Shown: piece by piece, positions 24,466 to 37,900 of the stretch | How the letters are laid out: each line of letters opens with the position of its first letter | Position numbering within the stretch: the stretch's first letter is position 1 | NCBI GenBank assembly: GCA_964252035.1 | Contig: OZ176202.1 | Source of the DNA: Podarcis erhardii | Lineage: Eukaryota | Strand: one strand, 5' to 3' | Length of the DNA: 64,000 nucleotides | Translations under genes and position numbers: made by a program | The notes under the pieces: generated by a model | The model's input: only the letters and a program-made list of their open reading frames with translations | Database searches by the model: none | What the model was told of the DNA's origin: nothing

Positions 24466-25391
24466 TACTTTTCATGACCTGTAACCTTTCCTGACACATG
24501 TGAAGATGTTTTATGACTCTTTGTTTGCTGTGTTTGAACTACTATATAAACATCTGTTCCGAAGTGCCTCGGGGCAGACCTTCTCAACTGGCACATTGAG
24601 CTGAGTGAGCTCTGTCCTATTGCAATAGCTATAATAAATGCTGGGTTCCTAAATCTGGATGATGGACTTGGAAATAGTTTCCTTGGGTCCGTTTTTTATT
24701 CAAAAGGTGGTTGTTCCTCAACTGGGTAATGAACAAGGTGGTGTAGAGGTGAATTCTTACCGTACAGGAATTGCGCCTAAAGTCAAAATTGTGTATAGTA
24801 AAAACACATTAGGTTCAGCAGTGAGTGGGGTTGCCAAAGTAATGTTTCCCAGAACCCCACTCCTTACTTTATATTTATTTTTTGCCACTGGTGTAAAGCT
24901 GAATGCACACAAGTGAAATGTGCATAAGTTGAAGACTTACTGTATTTAGTAAATCCTGTTTGGTCAGAACCATATTCTTAACCATGGCTTAACTGGGCCT
25001 ATCTGTGCTTCCTCCATCCAGCCACCTTTGTCTTGAATCAATCCACCAGTGATAGCAGGTAGACACTGAACCAGGGCAAATATTTCTTTTTCTCACATTT
25101 CATGTGTTAATTAGCTAACCAGTGCCTGGACATGTATACTTCCAACTATTTTTTAGTCAGTGGCCACTGTTAATAACATAATTATCAACAGCTATACTTT
25201 TAGCATTTCCTTTTCTTTTGACATTACTGTTTACAATTTTCCCCAAATATGCATATATTTCTGTACCTCAGGGTAACACTTCAAGCCTCTGATGAAGTGG
25301 AATGCAGTCCATGAAAGCTTATGCCATAACTATTTTTTAGACTAAGTGGTCTCAAGACTATTTAGAGAGAGATATATTCAGAGATGCTAAC

Positions 25392-25488
25392 CTTGGTATT
25401 TGATTGTTTTCCCATTGAAGAAGGGTTCTGGTAGCAGAATGTCCTGACAAACTGTATTTATAAGATCCACTTTCTTCTAATACATCAC
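25392..25488 (-). CDS. REV3L: REV3L exon 5 (97 nt), DVLEESGSYKYSLSGHSATRTLLQWENNQIP
   Basis: Phase 1 to phase 2 fits both neighbours; TTTGTAG acceptor, AG|GTTAGC donor; divergent but alignable to the recalled human ...TLFRWEQDEIPS. Confidence 0.9.
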
Positions 25489-25724
25489 CTACAAACAGAT
25501 AACAATAGAAAAGCTTTCAGGTACTGTGAACTATTATTACTCTAAACATTTTATATTGAAAGTGATTTTTGTTGTTGTTTCTTTAACAAAACATTCATAT
25601 TCCACTTGCATTGTGAATGAAGTCAGAATCCTATAACAAAAATAAATGCAAAATCAGTTTAAGAAAGGGTGCTTGAGAAAATACATAAGTATCAGTAGGT
25701 ATATGATTTTGAATACCAGCTGCT

Positions 25725-25852
25725 GGGGAAACTTATTATGCTCAGGTCCTGCTTGAGGGCTTCTCATAGGCATCTGGTTGGCCACTGTGATAACAGGATG
25801 CTGGAATAGATGGGCCTTTGCTCTGATCCAGCAGGATATGTCTTATGTTCTT
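25725..25852 (+). mobile_element. Squamate LINE/SINE 3' tail fragment; a second copy is on the minus strand at about 19517-19610
   Basis: GGCCACTGTGATAACAGGATGCTGGAATAGATGGGCC..CTGATCCAGCAGG..TCTTATGTTCTTA; reverse complement seen at 19517-19610. Confidence 0.65.
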
Positions 25853-26077
25853 AAAACTCTCTAATCCCATTTGTTTGCCCTATGTGACCTTTTCAGATTC
25901 AGAGAACACTGGGCGTTGCATAAGTAGAAGAGAACCTACTAATACTTTCCAACAAAGTTTGAGCTTCTAGGGCCTTAGCTTTTTTTTTGCTTGGGTCACA
26001 TATTTTATTTGTTCTCAATACTCTGTTCCACAGATTGGTCCCTAACCAAACGCCCATTAAAAAAATTAAAAAATTCC

Positions 26078-26152
26078 TTCCAGTAGCACCTTAAAGACCA
26101 ACTAAGTTAGTTCTTGGTATGAGCTTTCGTGTGCATGCACACTTCTTCAGAT
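26078..26152. mobile_element. Penelope-like element terminal fragment
   Basis: CCAGTAGCACCTTAAAGACCAACTAAG..TATGAGCTTTCGTGTGCATGCACACTTCTTCAGATA resembles Penelope-like termini in reptiles (recognised from memory). Confidence 0.55.
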
Positions 26153-27855
26153 AGTATAACTCAACTGTCCTCTCACAACAGTACTAGTTTCCTGTTGCCT
26201 GATAAAAAAAGTATGGTTTTGGAAGAAATTAATCTGAGCCAGACATTTCTGTCAGAGAATTTGAAGCGGTCGCAATCTAGCAGTTGAGGTAAATTTTCTT
26301 TGTTTATATTTCTGAGGTTTTAAGTATCTGAGGTTTAATTTATTTTTAAAATGCATATTTTTATCATTGTAAGATGCTTTGAGATTTTGATAGTGAAAAA
26401 CAGGATGTAATTTTTTTAAAAAAATAAATAAGGGCTAAACCTGCTCTCCCAGTGTTGAAAAGTAGTGTCACGGTAGAGAGTCAAAGATAATTATTGACAT
26501 TCATGGAAGGAGGAGCTTGAGAAATGTTAACAAGGTCCTACAGGGGAAAGGGGAAATGTCTGTGTACACACATTGCCTCAATCATATACAGTTTCATTAT
26601 CAGTGGTGTGAAGGCCCAGGGAGTAAAATGGGACTCCCCACATTTTTCCAGTTTTTGCTGGTTTGTTTCTGGAAACTGGGAGAAACAAGGCAGATGAAAG
26701 TTGCCACTGTGCAAACTCAGAAGTGGAGCTGATACAGCACTCCTGCCAGTGCATTGCACAACACTAACTTTCCAAATATCTGGCTTCTCCCGGTCTTTGC
26801 TGCTGGGTAAGCACTGCCACTACACCCAACTGTCTGCTATGACAGATTCCCTAAAGCAGAGGCTCCCCCATATATATGCACTAAATGCTTTTTTGCCTGC
26901 TGGCTATGTTCCTGCAGCTGCTGGGGTGGTGAGGATGTACAAAGAATGTGTCAGCATCTGTGGTAGGGCTGACAGGAGTGTTCCTGCTTCCTCCTCATGT
27001 ATTCAGTTAATGCATGAGATGGTTGTTGTCTTATCAGCCTTACAACAAATGTAGGGCAGCTGTACAATCTAAACAGCACAACTTTGTGAATAAGCATAGA
27101 AAATTACTAGCCTGAAAACAGAATTAATAGCCTGCTGAATTATCCCACTGCATTCCTTTTTAATGTATTTTAATTCTTTTTCACATGTAATAAACATAAT
27201 CTAAAATACAATAAACAACAATGATAGCAGCTAGTCTGTCATTTATTGTGAAAAGTGTAACAGGATCTTAAAGTTGGAACCACTACTTAGAACCGATTTA
27301 TAATGCCTATTTAAAGCCTCTAATCCAATAGGTCTCTACCAGTGTTTCCATAGGTTTGGGGAGGTTGTCTTGATTGAGCATCACATCTCATATGGGAGCA
27401 TTTCTATGCTAGGCGTGGAGGAGGGGGTGTCTCTCCTCTAGCTGCCTACCTGGTGTCTATCCTAGGCACAGAGGAAAAATGAAGCAATTCACCATATTCA
27501 GCTGCATGGAATTACTTGTCATCTATGACTGCTGGCTAATGCTTAAATAGGAGGCTGCAGTAGTTCCAATGTAGCTCTGTATATGCCAGCTAACTTCCTA
27601 TCATCACAAAAATAACCCTAAGAGAACCCCAAGCTGAATAATTTGTCTCTAAATGTGGGAAAGTACTGTGTTTCTTTCCTCAATTCAAACTACATCTCTA
27701 CACATTACATGGTATACTAACAGTGAAGAATAGTATGGAAAATACATCATTTATTAGAAAGGCAGAATCAATTATCATATCTTGTTTCGCACAAAGTCTA
27801 TTCCAGAGATTTGTCAAAAACTGCTAAATAATATTTATGAATTGGAATTGCATAC

Positions 27856-28016
27856 CTTTTTTCTTCGCCTTTCTAAACTTGACAGCAGCCAGGTTTATTA
27901 GATTCATTCCATACAAGTTGTAATCTATAAAGAGCTGGAGGAGGTAGGGAATATGAGCTTCATGAGGTTGATAGTTTTTATTCATTATGGCTCCACCTTG
28001 TAGAAGCTCACACACT
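27856..28016 (-). CDS. REV3L: REV3L exon 4 (161 nt), VCELLQGGAIMNKNYQPHEAHIPYLLQLFIDYNLYGMNLINLAAVKFRKAKKK
   Basis: Conserved YQPHEAHIPYLLQLFIDYNLYGM motif; TAG|A acceptor, G|GTATGC donor. Confidence 0.97.
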
Positions 28017-28451
28017 CTAAAATGGGAAAAAGTTAGAAATGAAACATATTACCATATTATTTAAATATAATGCTGGTTTAAACATAGCGCTGGTTAAAAT
28101 ATAATGCTGATCAATACTGAAACACAAGCCAAAAGTACAAAATACACTTTTTCTAGCACACAGAATTATAGCTAAACAGTCAAATTTTTAGGCACTAAAA
28201 CCATGTTCCAAAGAGCCAATTTACATGTGTTATATTTGCAGGAGCAGATATTAAAAGAAGCTGTTTGCATCTGTTTAAGCCAGAAGTTCCCAAACTATGA
28301 TCCAGGAGCCACCAGTGATCCACAGAGTAGAATTAGAAGCAGCAGCTTCTAAAAAGTCTTTAAAGGCAGCCACTGGCAGAGTGCAATATTGAAAGGTAAC
28401 AGGGAAAGTGTTATTTTCTAAAGCAGACACATCATATTTTTATTACATTAC

Positions 28452-28526
28452 CTTTTCACCATAGCAGGATTATAAAGGTAGATCTTCATAAATTGTCTTT
28501 CTTTTTCATGGTAACCATAAAAAGGT
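28452..28526 (-). CDS. REV3L: REV3L exon 3 (75 nt), PFYGYHEKERQFMKIYLYNPAMVK
   Basis: Not in the ORF track (too short); found by manual translation; CAG|A acceptor, AG|GTAATG donor. Confidence 0.96.
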
Positions 28527-29169
28527 CTGGAAAACAAATATCCAGTAAGGTGTAAGGTTATTGTTTGTCCTATGATCTGTATGCTGAACAACCCTATTGT
28601 AGTAAATGGCAGTTCAGCACTTTAGACCTTCCACTAAGCTCCAGATTTGGATATCCTCTGTGCATCATAATTATGGCTGTTTGCTAGTCCTACATGAGGG
28701 GCATTTTATCATCCAAAAACTATGTAGTAAATGGACCAGAGTGAATCACAGGACTTGAAAGGTAAGCCTTTGCTTACTAACACAATCCTAGATGGCTTTA
28801 AAACAAATCTTTCGCATATGGTTCTCAAACTATCCAGGAAATATTACAAAAGCTTACCAAAAATATAGTATGTTAAAGAATACAGCACAAGTGTACTGGA
28901 AACCTATGTAGTCAATATATTTAATTATTTTGTTTAATAAATTTATAGCCCACTTTTTAAAAAAAAATCTTCAGAGAAAGAAAAGTTGGGGTTGAATTAA
29001 ACTCAGGACATCAAATTTACATGGCATCAAAAGGGCAACTAAACTGGTGAGAGAGTGGGAAATGAAATGACTTACTGGGAGGGGGAAAGTTGTTCTCTTC
29101 TGTGTATAAGGATACTAACAAGTATTGTCAACTCAAAGCCTTTGCAGAAGTATTTTTAATACACCTTTC

Positions 29170-29378
29170 TTCAAGTTACAAGAAGGGAGATTCTTACTAA
29201 ACATTGGGAAGAACTTTCTGACAATAAGACTTGTTTGAGAGTGCAACATACTCCCCCAGGTGGTTGTAGATTCTCATGGCCATCTGTCATGGATACTTTA
29301 GTTGAGAGTCCTGCATTTAAGGAGTTTGGACTAGATGATTCTCAGGATCCCTTTCAACTCTACAATTCTATGATTCTA
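29170..29378 (+). mobile_element. CR1 LINE 3' end fragment
   Basis: Ends TGGACTAGATGAT..CCCTTTCAACTCTACAATTCTATGATTCTA, a typical CR1 tail; upstream AAACATTGGGAAGAACTTTCTGAC is CR1 ORF2/3'UTR-like. Confidence 0.8.
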
Positions 29379-29502
29379 AATCCTTTATTAACTAACAGTG
29401 CTTTATAACCTGAATACCTTATAAGTTTCTTTAAATTTTGTCAACAGCAACTCACGCCCCACAACCCACCAAATTAAAAAGTGATAATAAAGTAATACTT
29501 AC

Positions 29503-29692
29503 ATTCCATATACTAGTGACACTTTGAATACATGCTGAACAGAAGAGGATGGATTTCCTAAAGCTACATTCAGTGCTCGGTCAATGCTGAATGCCAAATG
29601 ACGCAGATAATGTTCTGCCAGCTGCCCATAACCATCATATGGCACATACAGGTAAGGAAAAATACCATGTAAATGGAGGCAAGTCTTCTGAC
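29503..29692 (-). CDS. REV3L: REV3L exon 2 (190 nt), QKTCLHLHGIFPYLYVPYDGYGQLAEHYLRHLAFSIDRALNVALGNPSSSVQHVFKVSLVYG
   Basis: Acceptor TAG|GT, donor AT|GTAAGT; frame continues from exon 1; matches REV3L N-terminal domain. Confidence 0.97.
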
Positions 29693-30954
29693 CTAGAGGA
29701 CCAGATACCAATATTTGAGAATCATAAAACTGGAAGATTCCAGAAAGTTGTCAAACCTATTTGCCAAAACAATTTATATGATTCACTAACTTTTAAGGGA
29801 AATAATAAAAAATCAAATTAATTCTATTGAAAGTAACCTATAAACATAGATTCATGAGTATATATGAGATATGAACACCTTAAACAAGGTGGATAGTTCA
29901 TAGAAACAGGTTTACTGTGTGGCCTGTTTTTCATCAAGTTTGAAGTCTACACAATAGTATTTCTGTTTGTTTCTATGAAATTTCTAACAATGCAAAATTT
30001 ACAATCCTTCTTATTCATCCTAACAGACCTAGAGCACCAAACAAGGATGTCTACTGTCCCAAATCCTCTTTGCAAATGCAATAGAAGCATTAGTTCAAAA
30101 ACATAAAGTGGCTCCTGGATTTCAAAGTATAAATACAAATGATATGAAACATATTACCAATCAGTCTTTTTGCTGATTATATGCTATTAACACTTTGAAC
30201 TCTGTACTGACATTTTCAGCACTGAAGTCAGTTAGACTGCTTCCATAAGGTGGGTGGTTTAAAAATAATTATGCAACGTTCGTTATCTTTTGTATTAATT
30301 TATCACTTTTAGTGCAGAAGCACTTGCAAAAATCCATTTCATACTTGACTTTGAAATTCAGCAGCTTTCAATACATTGCTATCATTATAACTAAGATTAT
30401 TTTACAAATAGGTGATAAACTTCGATCCCTTGCTAAAAGGCTTAAGGAATGAAAAAAATGTCTGGAAAATATTGTCCTGACTGGGTAGGAATTCAACATG
30501 GCATAACTTTGGCCTGAGATTCAAGTGGCACCTTTTCTCAGTCAGGTTGTACTAGGAAACAGAGTAGCAGTCCATTCAATTAGACTGGGCCCTCACTTTT
30601 TTTTGCAGGGGAGGGGAACCAAATAATCATTATGCAAGAACTTAATCTTCAAAGTGTTCCTTGCAGCGCTTATGGAAATAGTGCAAAACTCAAAGGCTGG
30701 AAACATTTTCTACTTGAAGGTGGTACCAGCAACTAGCCCTGGATGAAAAATTAATTCAGCAATGTAAACTAGTGAAGGAAGAATACAAAAACATGGCTTC
30801 TTGGCTATGTGGTTCCTGTTTATCTATGTTAATTCACAAGATGGAGAGATATGGATGCTGCTCTTATTGTTTTGGCAAACCATCTTTGTATGGCTATGGG
30901 TGGCATTATTTGGAGTAGACCAATGAAACTAATAGACCTTAGTCATATACAATA

Positions 30955-31216
30955 CAGTGGTGCCTCGCAAGACGAAAAGAATCCGTTCCGCGAGTCTCTT
31001 CGTCTTGCGGTTTTTTCGTCTTGCGAAGCAACCCTACTAGCGGCTTAGCGGCTATTAGTGGCTTAGAAAAAGGGGGGGAGCGGGAAAAATCGCAAAACGT
31101 CTTGCGAAGCAAGCCCATAGAGAAATTCGTCTTGCGAAGCGCCTCGAAAAACGGAAAACCCTTTCGTCTAGCGGGTTTTTCGTCTTGCGAGGCATTCGTC
31201 TTGCGGGGCACCACTG
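30955..31216. mobile_element. Tc1/mariner MITE, 262 bp
   Basis: TA|CAGTGGTGCCTCGCAAGACG ... CGTCTTGCGGGGCACCACTG|TA; repeated internal CGTCTTGCG motifs. Confidence 0.9.
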
Positions 31217-33019
31217 TACTTTTCAATGGCAGTACTATATATTTTAACTGTATAGGGAAAATACATGAATATAAGTTTATGCATTTTTATGCCATGTTAT
31301 TTCAAAGGAAAATTACCATATTTTCCTTATTAGGAAGCATTAAAACATTAAATAAAACATAAACCTAATTAAAACAAAATTAGCCAGTCCAGAATGACAA
31401 CAGAGTAGGTCAGGGAATTTCATATACAAAAAGACCTCATAGATACATACATAGAAAAAATATTGCTCATATACTCAATTTTCCTGTTTAATTCCATGAC
31501 ACTATCACAGATTTTGGAAAAATCCAAATTTGCTATTAGGCACCTGAGAATTCCCTCCCCACTGCAGGAAAACGTTACCATATGCGTGTGTGCCAGCGAG
31601 TCTGTTCCTTCCTCCCACAGGACCAACAGATATAATCAGCTCCATGAGAATGAAAATGGGATGGGGGCGGGGTTGTTTCTGTTTGTTTGCTTTACCTTAT
31701 CTGCAGGTGAGTGGGTGGGAGAACTGTAAAACTGAACAATTCCAAAATAGTACACTGCATTGACAAAAGGCAGTGAATGAATCCAATCAATCAAACTATA
31801 ACCATTAAGATAAACATGTAAGACATGTTAGCAAAAAAATAGGAATGACCTGAAATCACAAGATTATAAAGCATTTCCTTGTTGTGGCTGCTACTTGGTA
31901 TCAAGGGATCCTTTTTTTTCTAAGTAAACAGCAATTATAGTAGTATTCCCTGTAGGGCTGGGGGTGGGAATATCTGAGGTGCTAACAGTTTTGATTCTCT
32001 ACTACACTACAATCCAGAGCTTTATATGTATAGCTGAAAACCATGACTGGAGTGAGGAATCAATATTTTTTGGTGCAGTGGCTTGTAGAAACAAAGAGGC
32101 AAATAAAAATTCAGCGTAAGATTTGGAGAAGAAGTTTCAGAAAAAATCTTGACCACAGAATCAAGAATCAGGCCATTCACACTGCTTAAACAAGGAGGGA
32201 GGGAGGAGCAGAAAGAGGGAATTGACCTCATATATACTACCCAAACTTCGAGTGAAGGCAAGTTAGCAATGTGACAAAAAATAAATAAAACTCCTTTGGC
32301 ATGTGGCTGCAGTTTGGTAAAAGCAAAGTATAGCATTCTACCAATTTAGTGGGGTTTTTTTTGCCTGCATAGGATTTATACATAGGCCAAATGACTGATA
32401 ATAAAATGCAAGCCAAGGATAAAGCAAATACTGACTATAGTACCACTTTCTCAAGAATTTAAACTACTTTTCTCTACTTGTTTATTTCTTATTATAAATT
32501 ATGAAACTGGAATACACATTTCCATTACAAGCTAGCTAATCTTTTTTACTTTCTTATTGTATGAAAATAGTATTAAATCAGTAAAAGCAACACCAAGGGC
32601 TACTTCAATATTATACACCAGTAAATTTATGTTTACCAGCATGTGTACAAGGGTGGGAGGAGAGACCAGCTGAGGCCAACTTCAGCTCCCTGGTGTATAC
32701 AGCCATATCATATGTACAGTGGAAGCATGCATTTGCTGCAAACACTCATTACATTTTTAGATGTATATGTAAAATGCTTTACATACACATGCAAACATAT
32801 AATTGGTGCAGCAATGTATTTGATGCTCATGTGTCCATTATTTTGTTGTGTCCAATATAACACAGTAATCCTGGAAAGAAAATCTTTTCTCCTACGTAAA
32901 TGAACACTTCAGCATTTACCTGATTTTTCCAAAATCAATGAAAATTCCAACACAAATATATTTGTTTTTCATTAAAACATGTTTCAAACAATATATATAT
33001 ATATATTCAACTGGCTTTA

Positions 33020-33450
33020 AAGCTTTTAAAGCAAGCATTTCTGAAGAGGGATTCAACAACTGGAGTGCCACTGCCCCAAATGCGCACCCTCCAGCAACCA
33101 CCAGTTGCATATCATTTGGTGAGGGCACCTGGAAAAGGTCCTTCAGAATCTGGCTAAGTATATATGGGAGGAGATAATTCAGGTCACCTTGCCACAGCTA
33201 TTTAGAACTTTAAAGGTTAAATCAGCACTTGGAATTATTATTAAAATTTCTGTGCCTCCCTGGGAAGAGCATTCCACAAACGGGGAGCCACTGCAGAAAA
33301 GGCCTGTTCTCATGTTGATGCCCTACAGACCTCTTGTGGAGGCACACGAAAAAGGGCCTCAGATGATGATTGAATTGGACCTGGAAACAGAGTTGAAGTC
33401 AGTGCAAATGAAGATGTACTGATGTAATTCGGTCATGTTAACCAGTCCCT
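33020..33450 (-). mobile_element. Degraded L2 LINE 3' fragment
   Basis: GGGAAGAGCATTCCACAAACGGGGAGCCACTGCAGAAAAGGCCTG resembles the reverse complement of an L2 3' region. Confidence 0.55.
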
Positions 33451-33919
33451 GTTAAAAACCTTACTGCCTTGTTTGGAGGCACCTGAATTTTTCAGACCAT
33501 TTTCAATGGCAGTTCCACATATAAGAAAATACAATAATCCAAGACATGTATTCCCCTTTACTAGCTATTGCATTGGATTAGTCATGGTATATGTGGTACA
33601 GTTCTTATCCCCATCTTCCCCTGATACAGTGGATATTCAAGAAAATAAGTCCCTTTACTTTATTGACCCTGCTGTGCAGGTAGGGCAGCAGCCGATGGAA
33701 CAAAATTCCCTCTTCACCAGGATTGTTGTTTGTCTCTGTACCTCAGAGCAGCTACCAGCAGGCCTTTGCTACCCTTCTCCCTTACCATTCTCACCCTACT
33801 GCTACTAGAAGGCGTTTGTTGCTAATGTGTCAAGTGCTATACAGGACATAAAAAAGTTTTATGCTCTTTGCACTATACAGGTGTCTAGACTCTAGACATA
33901 GTGAATAGCTTAAGGTCAG

Positions 33920-34050
33920 AGAGAAGTATGCAGACGAGGACAACCAAAATGATCAAGGGTCTGGAAACCAAGCCTTATGAGGAACAGTTGAAGGAGCTTG
34001 GTACCTTTAGCCCGTAAAAGAGGGGACTGAGAGGAACTATGATAGCCATC
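33920..34050 (+). mobile_element. CR1 ORF2 fragment
   Basis: CAACCAAAATGATCAAGGGTCTGGAAACCAAGCCTTATGAGGAACAGTTGAAGGAGCTTGG resembles the 3' part of CR1 ORF2. Confidence 0.7.
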
Positions 34051-34700
34051 TGGTTTACTGCAATGCACTTGTGCTCAATCTAGGAGCTGCACTTGTGGGG
34101 CTTCACTTATGTTCAATCTAGGGGCTGCGGTTAGTGCAGAATGCTGCAGCACAGTTGCTAACAGGAGTGAGACCTTCTTCTGTTCTGTGATCTGGGTGTT
34201 CATTTGCTACTGGGCCAAGTTTATGGATTTACTATTACTGTAGTAGATAAAGCCCTTACCAACTTAGGACCTGCGTTTGCCTCTACACAGTTCCATCCTT
34301 ATTTCAGACATCATGATATATGAATATATCGTGATGTTTAGCTGGTGATATGTCACTATGTTGAAAACCAGATATTGCCCAGCCCTGCTGTTTACTTACA
34401 GGATTGCTTTACCACATATATGCCCACACAGTCGCTTTGATCTGTAGAACAGGCACTGTTACAGGGCACATAGTACTCGTTCAGCGCGCACACACACACA
34501 AAGTCGATCTCTTAGCATGGTGGCACAAACATGTTGGAATGCCCTGCCTATTAACTATATTTGCTATAGTCTTTTCATTGTCTACTTAAAACATTTTTGT
34601 TTAGGTATGCCTAGCCAGCAAGTAGTTATATGTGTTTTATATATTTTTAGCTATTGTTGATTTTAATCATCTTCTGAATATTTTTAAATTCCTGTTTACA

Positions 34701-34941
34701 CAGTCATACCTTGGATCCCAAACGCCTTGTGAGTCTAATGTTTTGGCTCCCGAACACCACAAATGCGGAAGTGAGTGTTCCAGCTCGAGAACGTTCTTTG
34801 GAACCCGAACGTCCAACACGGCTTCAGATTGGCTGCAGGAGCTTCCTGCAGCCAATTGGAAGCTGCACCTTGGTTTCTGAATGTTTTGGAAGTTGAACAG
34901 ACTTCCGGAATGAATTCCGTTTGGCTTCCAAGGTACGACTG
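34701..34941. mobile_element. Tc1/mariner MITE, 241 bp
   Basis: CAGTCATACCTTGGA ... TCCAAGGTACGACTG|TA; the left TA is mutated to CA. Confidence 0.85.
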
Positions 34942-37900
34942 TAATTGTTTTTAGCAATAATTTTAATGTTTTATATTTTGTAAACTACTTTGAGCTTTCT
35001 TTGTTTTCAACCATCAAGCAGTATATTTATATTTTTTAACAACATATATAAAATAAAATAAAAATCTGAAGTGTGGGATAAAGAACCCTTTTAGTGGATG
35101 TGCCTCAGCTTGAAAATATTCTCCCCAGAAAGCTTCACCTAGTGCCCACTTTGATGTCTTTTTTGCAGCAGCCAAAGGCCCTTTTATATTTTAGGCCTTA
35201 CATTGTTTTTGAGCTAAAATCTTGCTGAAGAATTTGCCTTTGCAAAGAATATACATGTAGTAGGGACATTCAATAGCTATTTGGTATTCTCCTCATTACT
35301 CCCCATTAGAGGTTAGCTCATTTTCCTGTTAAAGGCAATAAAGTTGTCAAGGGGAAACTTTCCAGTGTCAGTCTGCATACAAAATTAAGAAGCAACCATG
35401 ATAATACTTATCTCCAGCCTGTTCACATGGTTGGCTGCTCATTTTCTTTCCCATCCAGAGAAAATACAAATGCTCCCCAACCAATGAAATGCACAAGATT
35501 CAATAATGCAAATAATGTATTTACCAAAATTCAAATTGAGTAGTTCATGTATAAATCCCTTATCCGGCTATGATCACTCTAGTATTATATTATGCAATAT
35601 ATTGATTGCTTCACTGTGAGGTTGCATGCTACATCCCGCAGAAAATTAGTTGCTATGTAGAGGATTCCGTAAAGAAACTGGTACTGCAGTTCTTTAAATG
35701 ACCACTGCCCTAAAACCAGGCAGGGAAATTTTTGTAAATTGGAAGAGCTGCCCCTCCCCCCCATCAGCAATGCCTTACAAAGGCTAGCCAACAGAGACTA
35801 GTAAAAAAAAGTTGTGGGTTGATGTATTTGAGGGACACACTTGTAAGAATACTCTGGTCACTGTTGTCATGTTGGATCTTATGCAAGTCATGGGAACACT
35901 AAATTGATGAGGCATGAAACTTTGATAACAATGCACTAGCTGTAGATTTTTAAATCTTCTTCTTTGGTGATCACTCATAGCCGAGTAAGATGGTCTTCCA
36001 AAGACAAGGTTACAATAGCACAGCTATATAATACTGGTATACTGAGGCATGGTACAATGACAAAATAGTAACTTGACAATTTTTGTACTGCCAGATATGC
36101 AGTCATTATATGAAAATTCTGTTCAATTTCAGTGAGACTTCCAGTCCATTCCTATGCAGATTTACTGAAAGTAACTTCCACTGAATTCACTTTGAATATT
36201 ATTTGGCTTATTCCCAAGTAAGATTGTATAGCAGGCAGCTTTAAGGATGTTGAGAAGCGCTGCTCAAATCTTTTTCCATTCTGTAGCTCTCTCAAGGAGA
36301 AGTATCAGGCTAATCTTTAAACTTTTTAGAAGTAAAGAACACCTTATTCCACAGGCCATTTAAAAGTGCATACCATGTTATCAGGGAATTTTATTCAATT
36401 ACTCTTTATGCTACATTGTTCAGGGGGAGGGGCTTTGCCGTAGTATGTTCCATTGTCATACAGGGATGGACAATTTTTATCTTGGCTTGTTGTCAGCCCT
36501 CACTTGTGGTTGCCTCCCTTCTCTCATGCCCTGTGGCATATACAGAAAACTCTGGGATAACAGAAAGGTGCTTTCTGGGCATTCCTAGAAGGCACTGAAG
36601 TACTGCCCCCCCCCTTTTGTAAAAGTCCAGTGGGAAGGAAATAAAATATCCTCTCCATCTCACAAGTTGCCCATGAATTGTAGAGAATTCAGTAGAAAAG
36701 GAGGGTTTTTTTCATGTCTTTTGTTGGGCTTACACAGGACATATATTGCTTCTCCTCCCCATTCTCTGCACTGGGTATGCAGGGATGTTCACTGCTGCTG
36801 CGGATGGGTGTGTAAAAATTTCCAAAAGTAAACATCATAATTGATCACAGTACTCAGGGCGGGGGGGAGAGCCACACTTGCTAAACAAGAAGCTACATTT
36901 AATGCATAAAAACCATGCTGCTTCCACAGCTTCCTTCATACTTATGAATTATGGAAACAATTACCCAGTTTACATAACACTCAAATATTCTCCCTTCATA
37001 TAATTAGTCTGAAAACGAATTCAAAAAAAGTAGGTGAAAATAACATGTGATGTATTAACTTCTGCCAATAATATGTAGAATCGTAGAAAAGCTATTAATG
37101 TTTTACACTAGCATATCTTGTCAACCTACTTCCTTGTTATTCATTACAATATTTGGCCTAAGTCTGAACTATTGTGTCATTTTCTTGTGTAAGTCCAGTC
37201 TTTCACCATGCAATCAATATCACTGTGTGGTATCATCAATATATACGTGGCCCAGCTGAAACACAAACTGTGTAGTTGTCCAGGTCACTTTATGGCTACC
37301 AAAGGTTTATATAACATCGACTAAAACTAGTTTGTTAAAACAGTAATGGGAAATTATTATTATTATTATTTAAAAGACCCAATAACAGTGGTTAGCTTGA
37401 CTGGTGGAGCAGGAAGATGACAGAGTAGAGAAAAATGAAAAGAACAGAATGTAGTAATATATGGATATTAACAAGGAATTTTGAAAGGAAAACCAGTTTT
37501 AGAAATTTTCTGAGGAATTAGAATAGTACTCCTGCAGTGGAGACAACAGCTCTTGTTTACCAACCCAGCGAATTTATGAAGTTTGCAGACTGACAATTTA
37601 AAGGCCATGGATTGAAAATGTGCCTGTTATGGATGCTTAATGAAACCTTCATGAAATAAGAACACGCTCGGGAACTTCCTACATGTGGGGTGGAAATTCT
37701 ACAGCTGAGGAGGTTATGCTTTAAAACAGACAACAACAATAAAAACCTTCCCAAGATGAGTTGTTGCTCAGCACTGCCACTAGTATGAAATAGCCCTGTT
37801 TATACAGCTGCATTTCATTACGGCTTATAATATTTGTAATACACGGGGGCGGGAGGGGAGCGTATCCATCCACTTCCAGCAGCACAAGCACAGGATACAC

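Noticed and set aside
23453-24596. Several overlapping long ORFs (259, 219, 268, 129 aa) on both strands
   Set aside because: They fall within the GC-rich tandem array of a MITE; the peptides are repetitive and show no transposase or other domain.
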